From positions 187,550,001 through 187,614,000 of the forward strand of contig OZ024740.1 in the NCBI GenBank assembly GCA_964016885.1: 64,000 nucleotides of DNA, read 5' to 3'. Below, one piece after another: positions 56,795 through 64,000 of the stretch. Below the pieces are notes generated by a model. The model was not told the DNA's origin. It saw nothing but the letters and a program-made list of their open reading frames with translations, and did not search any database. Position numbers and translations under genes: made by a program. Each line of letters starts with the position of its first letter. Within the stretch, counting starts at the first letter, position 1. Source of the DNA: Eledone cirrhosa. Taxonomy: Eukaryota.

Positions 56795-58060
56795 GTGTGT
56801 GTGTGTGTATTTAATAGGAATCCTATTAATCATTAGTACATTTATATGTAATATGTCAGTGTTATCCACTTCTAACCTTATTAAAATTATTATTGTCAAA
56901 AGCTAACTAAATAACAAGCTTTCTTGTACAGAATCAATACAAACTGGAACCAATTAACAAAGAATATGTTAAAGTAATAAAACAATCAGCAAATTTAATA
57001 GACCTAAAATTGAAATACCCTTCTATTTTGCAGATACGTTGCATTATGGTAATTAACATACCATTCATATGCTTTACAAACCCACCATCAAACATGAAAA
57101 GTGTGAACACTTTAAAGTTTTGTATAGAAAGGTTTCATAACGCAAATATTTAAGACATGTTTTAAAGTCTGTCTCATGCTTAGATATTCATCAAACTGGA
57201 GATGATGCTGTTTAGATGTGACATTTACCAACTGAGTGTATAAGACTCTGCCTGAATGGAATACCAGTCTGTTACAAGATTAACCCCCAGCTGCAGTCAA
57301 TACTCAATTTCTTAGCTGAATGGACTGGAAGCAGTGAGAAATAAAGTGCTTTGTTGACACACACGATGTGAAACCTATCCCAGGGATAAAACATATGACT
57401 TTACAATCATGAACCTAACATCCCATGTAGTTTTATTTATAATATTAATTAGCCATAGCAATTATTCATAATATTTTCCCATTATTTAAAAACATTTATA
57501 ATGTAAATTTGTATTTTACATTAAAACTATTACATCGATACCCCATTAATCTGAAATTGTTGATTAAGTTAAGCTAAGTTTTTCTATCAGCACAGATGTT
57601 GTAATATACTCACTGTCTATATTTCGTCGGTCAGCTATTAAAACATAAGGGTGGTTCATGATCAAATTTAAGTATATCTTTATGATGAATTGAATATGAA
57701 CACACACACACACACACACATGTCATATATTTCATCATATGTTTATATAGCTTAATAAGTTGTCAATATGTTGTGACATTTGTAATAATCATGTAGACAT
57801 ATGAATTTATATAATACATTAGTTTGCTTAATCAGACAGTCATTGTTGTTGTTCTGTTGTTATTTCTTTAATATATTATTAATTGTGGATTGTATTTAGT
57901 GCTGCTGCATGTGACATTTTCTCTGGTGATATTTAAAGACTAGTATTATCAATCTCATGAGTGCATCTGGTTTGTGTTGTAGACATTGCGTGCTATTTGG
58001 GTTTAGTTTTAACTCATTCTAAGCATCTTGACATTTTAGCAAGTGTCAGGAGCACTTGTC

Positions 58061-58097
<37 letters not shown>

Positions 58098-58131
58098 TTC
58101 ATTATTTATCTGGGTTTTATTTATTCACTAT

Positions 58132-58203
<72 letters not shown>

Positions 58204-58207
<4 letters not shown>

Positions 58208-58765
58208 TGGCTGCCAACTCGTTTTCGAGTACGGCCACTACTTTATATCCATGTAGGAGAACCCCTACCGATGCGCTGAACGAGTGTGACATTTTAGTCC
58301 AGCCAGCGACTTGAAAACTCTGGTACAAACACTACACCTGTGACAATTATTGACACATAGTGCTGGGCCCATGGTACCATGTGACGACAAGTGCAGAGAG
58401 ATCTCCAGATATAAAGCAATGCCTGTGCCGTGAAGCTTTTATAGTGAGCAAAGGCACTGCACAAAGCCAGTCCTACTCTCTTGACCAAGATGATATTTAC
58501 CAAAAAGAAGAACAAGTCAACATCATTGGATACCATCAGGGTTGCAGGTGTGATATCAGAGTTTTCCTTCTGCTAGAATTCTGCCTTGACAAAGGCTAAG
58601 GGGTCATCTCTCCCAGTGATTTGGGATGGCCATTGACTCTTAAGAGGTCCTTTGCCCTTTAACAAGTTTTGTTTTTAGTCCGGCAGGATGTCCAAAGTCA
58701 CCCTCCTCACCAAGAAACCTTGGTGGGGTTGCCAGTTTAGTCGCCAATGACCCAACCATGAGACA
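58204..58765 (-). mobile_element. Bipartite non-autonomous RTE derivative, second copy
   Basis: Reverse complement of ~40700-41259 with high identity. Confidence 0.8.
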
Positions 58766-58882
58766 TACATACATACATACATACATATACATATATATAT
58801 ATGTGTGTTAGTGTGTGTATGTATATATATATATATGTATGCAAATATATATATGTATATATGATTATATATATATTTATAT

Positions 58883-59922
58883 ATTTAAATAATTTTGAAA
58901 ACTAAACAATGCACTAGAAAATTAAAATTGCTAAGATAACAATATAATCTTACCTTAGCAAATTTAATAATCCCAAATATTTTCGGGTTTAAAAATCCAT
59001 TATCAAGGGAGTATCCCTGTGAGAGACTTAAAGGATCAATCGGGGAACTTCTTAGGAAGGCAGATTTAAGTTAAATGTAATGAAAATGTGTTAAAATTTC
59101 AAGCGTGCATGTTGTGAAATGTCTAGGAAAAAGTGTGATATATGAATGTGTGTGCCTGAATGTAAGTTTATGTAGTGAAAAGCATATGTATATAATAAAA
59201 AGGGGAAAATATGTGCGTGTGTGAGTCTAAGTGTGTATGCCTAGTGATGGCAGAGATTTAATTTGAAAGAAAGAATGAAACAGGCCACTGGGATGTTAGG
59301 CCTTTAAATTAGCCATTCTGGTGCACTTCTTTCTATTTGATTATTGATCCTAGGTTTTAATTGCTTGATCAAGAGAGTTTCCTTAATTCTTAGCATGCCT
59401 ATACTGTGTTCGGTAGCTAAAACTTTGGTGGTAATGCTGTCCTGGTCCTGGATTTTGAATTTGATGATTTGTTTGCAGAAGAAGAGGAGTTGGTATTAAC
59501 ATGCTCTTTAATACAGATATGCAACGGTCAAATATTGTTGCCTATGTAAAATAGATTGCACTTGTTATATTCTAGCCTGTCTACCTCATAGGTATGTGGG
59601 CAAAAATTAGTGTTGCGGATAGGGTAATTGTCTAGAGTGCATCCATTAACTTCATTGGTGGGTTACATTGTGGAGAGGCATCTTCGCAGGGAAGCTCCAG
59701 AATGAGCTAGTTTAATATGGAGGCCCTCTCTTCTAATGGTGGGATGTTTGATGCTGAACTCAATGTTATTGTCAGCATTGGGATTATTAAATTTGCTAAG
59801 GTAAGATTCTATTGTTATTTTAGCTATTTTAATTTTCTAATGCATTGTATGGTTTTCAAAATTATTTAAATTTGTGTTTCCTATTCAACTATGCTTCAAG
59901 CAAACTACAACACTCTGTTATA
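58883..59922 (-). mobile_element. Decayed PLE 3' end: GIY-YIG remnant + HHR + inverted arm
   Basis: Minus translation CNLFYIG..PLHICIKEH..ITTKVLATE..RIKETLLIKQLKPRIN. 58883-58976 is inverted against 59778-59871. Confidence 0.72.
58971..59010 (-). ncRNA. Minimal type I hammerhead ribozyme, U3-A8 core variant
   Basis: UCCC-UUGAUAA-u-GGAUUUUUAAACCC-GAAA-AUAU-UU|GGGA. Palindrome AAUAUU, one stem II mismatch. Confidence 0.62.
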
Positions 59923-60687
59923 TTTATATATGTATAGCCATTATTTATCTGGGTTGTATCATTTTCATTTGCAACTAAGTTTTATATTCGTTCATAATTT
60001 GAACCTTGTAATATACTTAGCTGTCAGATTTTGTGTATTAAGAAGTGCAGATGAAAAATAAAGTACTAAACCTAAATGCTTTCAAGTACATAGTTTTGTT
60101 TCTCTTGGTTTCAAGATCAAATCCTACCATACCTTTCAAAAACTACGAGTTGATATCATTAACCAGTATCATTATCAGGAAGGGTTTTCAAAAAATTCTA
60201 ATACTAACCAAAAGAAAATAATATTTGCATATGGATAGATGAGGTTGTTAATGATAAGTCTATAACCTTATGCGATGAGTTTTGTAAATTAATGTGTATA
60301 CTAAAGAATGAATTTTGCTATTGATTCCTTCTAGTCCCAATCTACTTCTTATATTACTTACTATATATTTCAGTGTAAGTATGTATTCATGATGTGTTTT
60401 AAGAAGTTGAATGGATATTATTTAAGATGTTGACTATAGATTGTTTTATGTTTAAATTAGCAAACATACATAAAACTATCATTAGACCATTGAAGCATTT
60501 TCAGCTAAAACCATTTAGTTGAACCTGATCATGTGTAAAGAAAACATTGTTTTGCGTATTTAGTACCATATATGAATTTATATATGAAATTGCATGCCTA
60601 CACGTGTATAATAACTACTGTTCATCTATATATACACACACACATATATATAAATATATATATATAAATACATATATGCACACAGAC

Positions 60688-60745
<58 letters not shown>

Positions 60746-62171
60746 TTGGTGTGTGTGTGTTTGTATGCATACATATATATATATATTTGAAATGACTTTT
60801 AATTAAATAAAGCAATGACAAATTGTTAAAAAATATTTAATCCAAATATTAAAAGGCAGAGACTCACTTCTGTGCTGTGCCATATAGAAGCCTGATTAAA
60901 TTTATCAGATCAGTTGGCTATTTCCAGAAGAGAAAGTGATTTTATAATTTAGTATTAAGCATTTTATTGTTTTGCACACTTTTCTTCCTCACTGCCACCT
61001 GTCCTCTTAGATAATGTTAGGAATCAGAATATTCATCTCAAATAGTCGGAAAGTGAACAAAATTATAAAAATAACATGATGAATCGATATAAAATTATTA
61101 TGAAAAAGGAAAAAATAACAACACTTTTTCTACTTAGGTTCTGTTGTTATGGAACTTGTCATATTTTAGACAGAAATCTATAGTAGAAAATATGAAATCA
61201 TTTCCCAAGAGTAATGTTTACAATCTTATAATTCCGCCCTGGAAATGAACAAAGAAATCAATACCTCTTCATTTCTTTTTTTGACCAAGTGCCATTTGAT
61301 AAGCAATGTTTTATTTTGTATTATTTATTTGAAATTTAGCTTGAGAGAGTAAACCACAAAATATTGTGCAAAGGCATTATTTTCACACTCATTGAGACAT
61401 GTACTTATAAACAAAATCAAAACCATATCTTTTTTACTGTTTAGTCAGAAAAGGAAGGACAGTGGTTTACAAGACTTATGGAAGGGTGGAAGATATCCTC
61501 AAACTCGAGACTTGGCACAAATGTGTGCAACAAAGTGATTTCCATTAAAGGTACTCAAAGACCAGGTGGTGAGGTAAAACAGGTGAGAGATTAAGTCTAT
61601 CATCCATGTAGAGTTTAACAGGATTTGAATTCAGAAAACAAAGAGCTAAAAAAAAAAACAGAGCTCATCTTGTCTGACATTTTAATAACTCTACTAATCC
61701 ACTATCCTGCACTAGTACTTTATTTTGTAAACCCTGAAAGGATGGAAAACAAAATTGATCTCAATGGGATAAATGATATGTTTATTAAATACACTAGTGT
61801 CATTTATCAAAATCAATTTCCTAAAATTTAGGATATTTTTTAATTCCAGAAAACCGAATTATCAACAATGACCAGCATGTATCAACATGAATTATTTTCA
61901 GTAAAGTAATTTAAGGGATATAAATCACATATATCAAATATTAAAGAAACATTCATATTCATCCCAAGAATGAGAAATATTTCAAATTTTCAAACTAGTA
62001 TAAATATAATATTTTTAAGTGCTTAAATATAAATAATTATTTGCTATCAATGTTTTGTATGTATTTGTAAATACTTTTCCATGTGTACCAGTGCACGTGC
62101 ACGCACACACTCGCAGTGATGTCCTGTTTGGTTGGTCCAGCTCTCAATGCCAAAGTTTGGTGCTAGTTCCT

Positions 62172-64000
<1,829 letters not shown>

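Overview
Very AT-rich eukaryotic repetitive DNA with no supportable host protein-coding exon. The huge (TA)n/(TATG)n tracts and tRNA-derived SINEs resemble octopod cephalopod genomes (inference). The window holds an apparently intact Penelope-like element (PLE; RT plus GIY-YIG, 1211 aa, pseudo-LTRs, inverted 5' arm), a disrupted CR1-type LINE, a disrupted RTE LINE with bipartite non-autonomous relatives, two SINE families and a non-autonomous Helitron. The main signal is a dense set of type I hammerhead ribozymes (HHRs) read by eye. These include a perfect 3 x 560 bp tandem array with one HHR per unit (retrozyme-like, predicted 560-nt circular RNA) beside the intact PLE, and further non-coding ~490-590 nt HHR units with PLE-style direct and inverted ends. 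Three HHRs carry the compensatory U3-A8 core. Nearly all these elements sit inside TA microsatellites. The many Y/I-rich ORFs are microsatellite artefacts.
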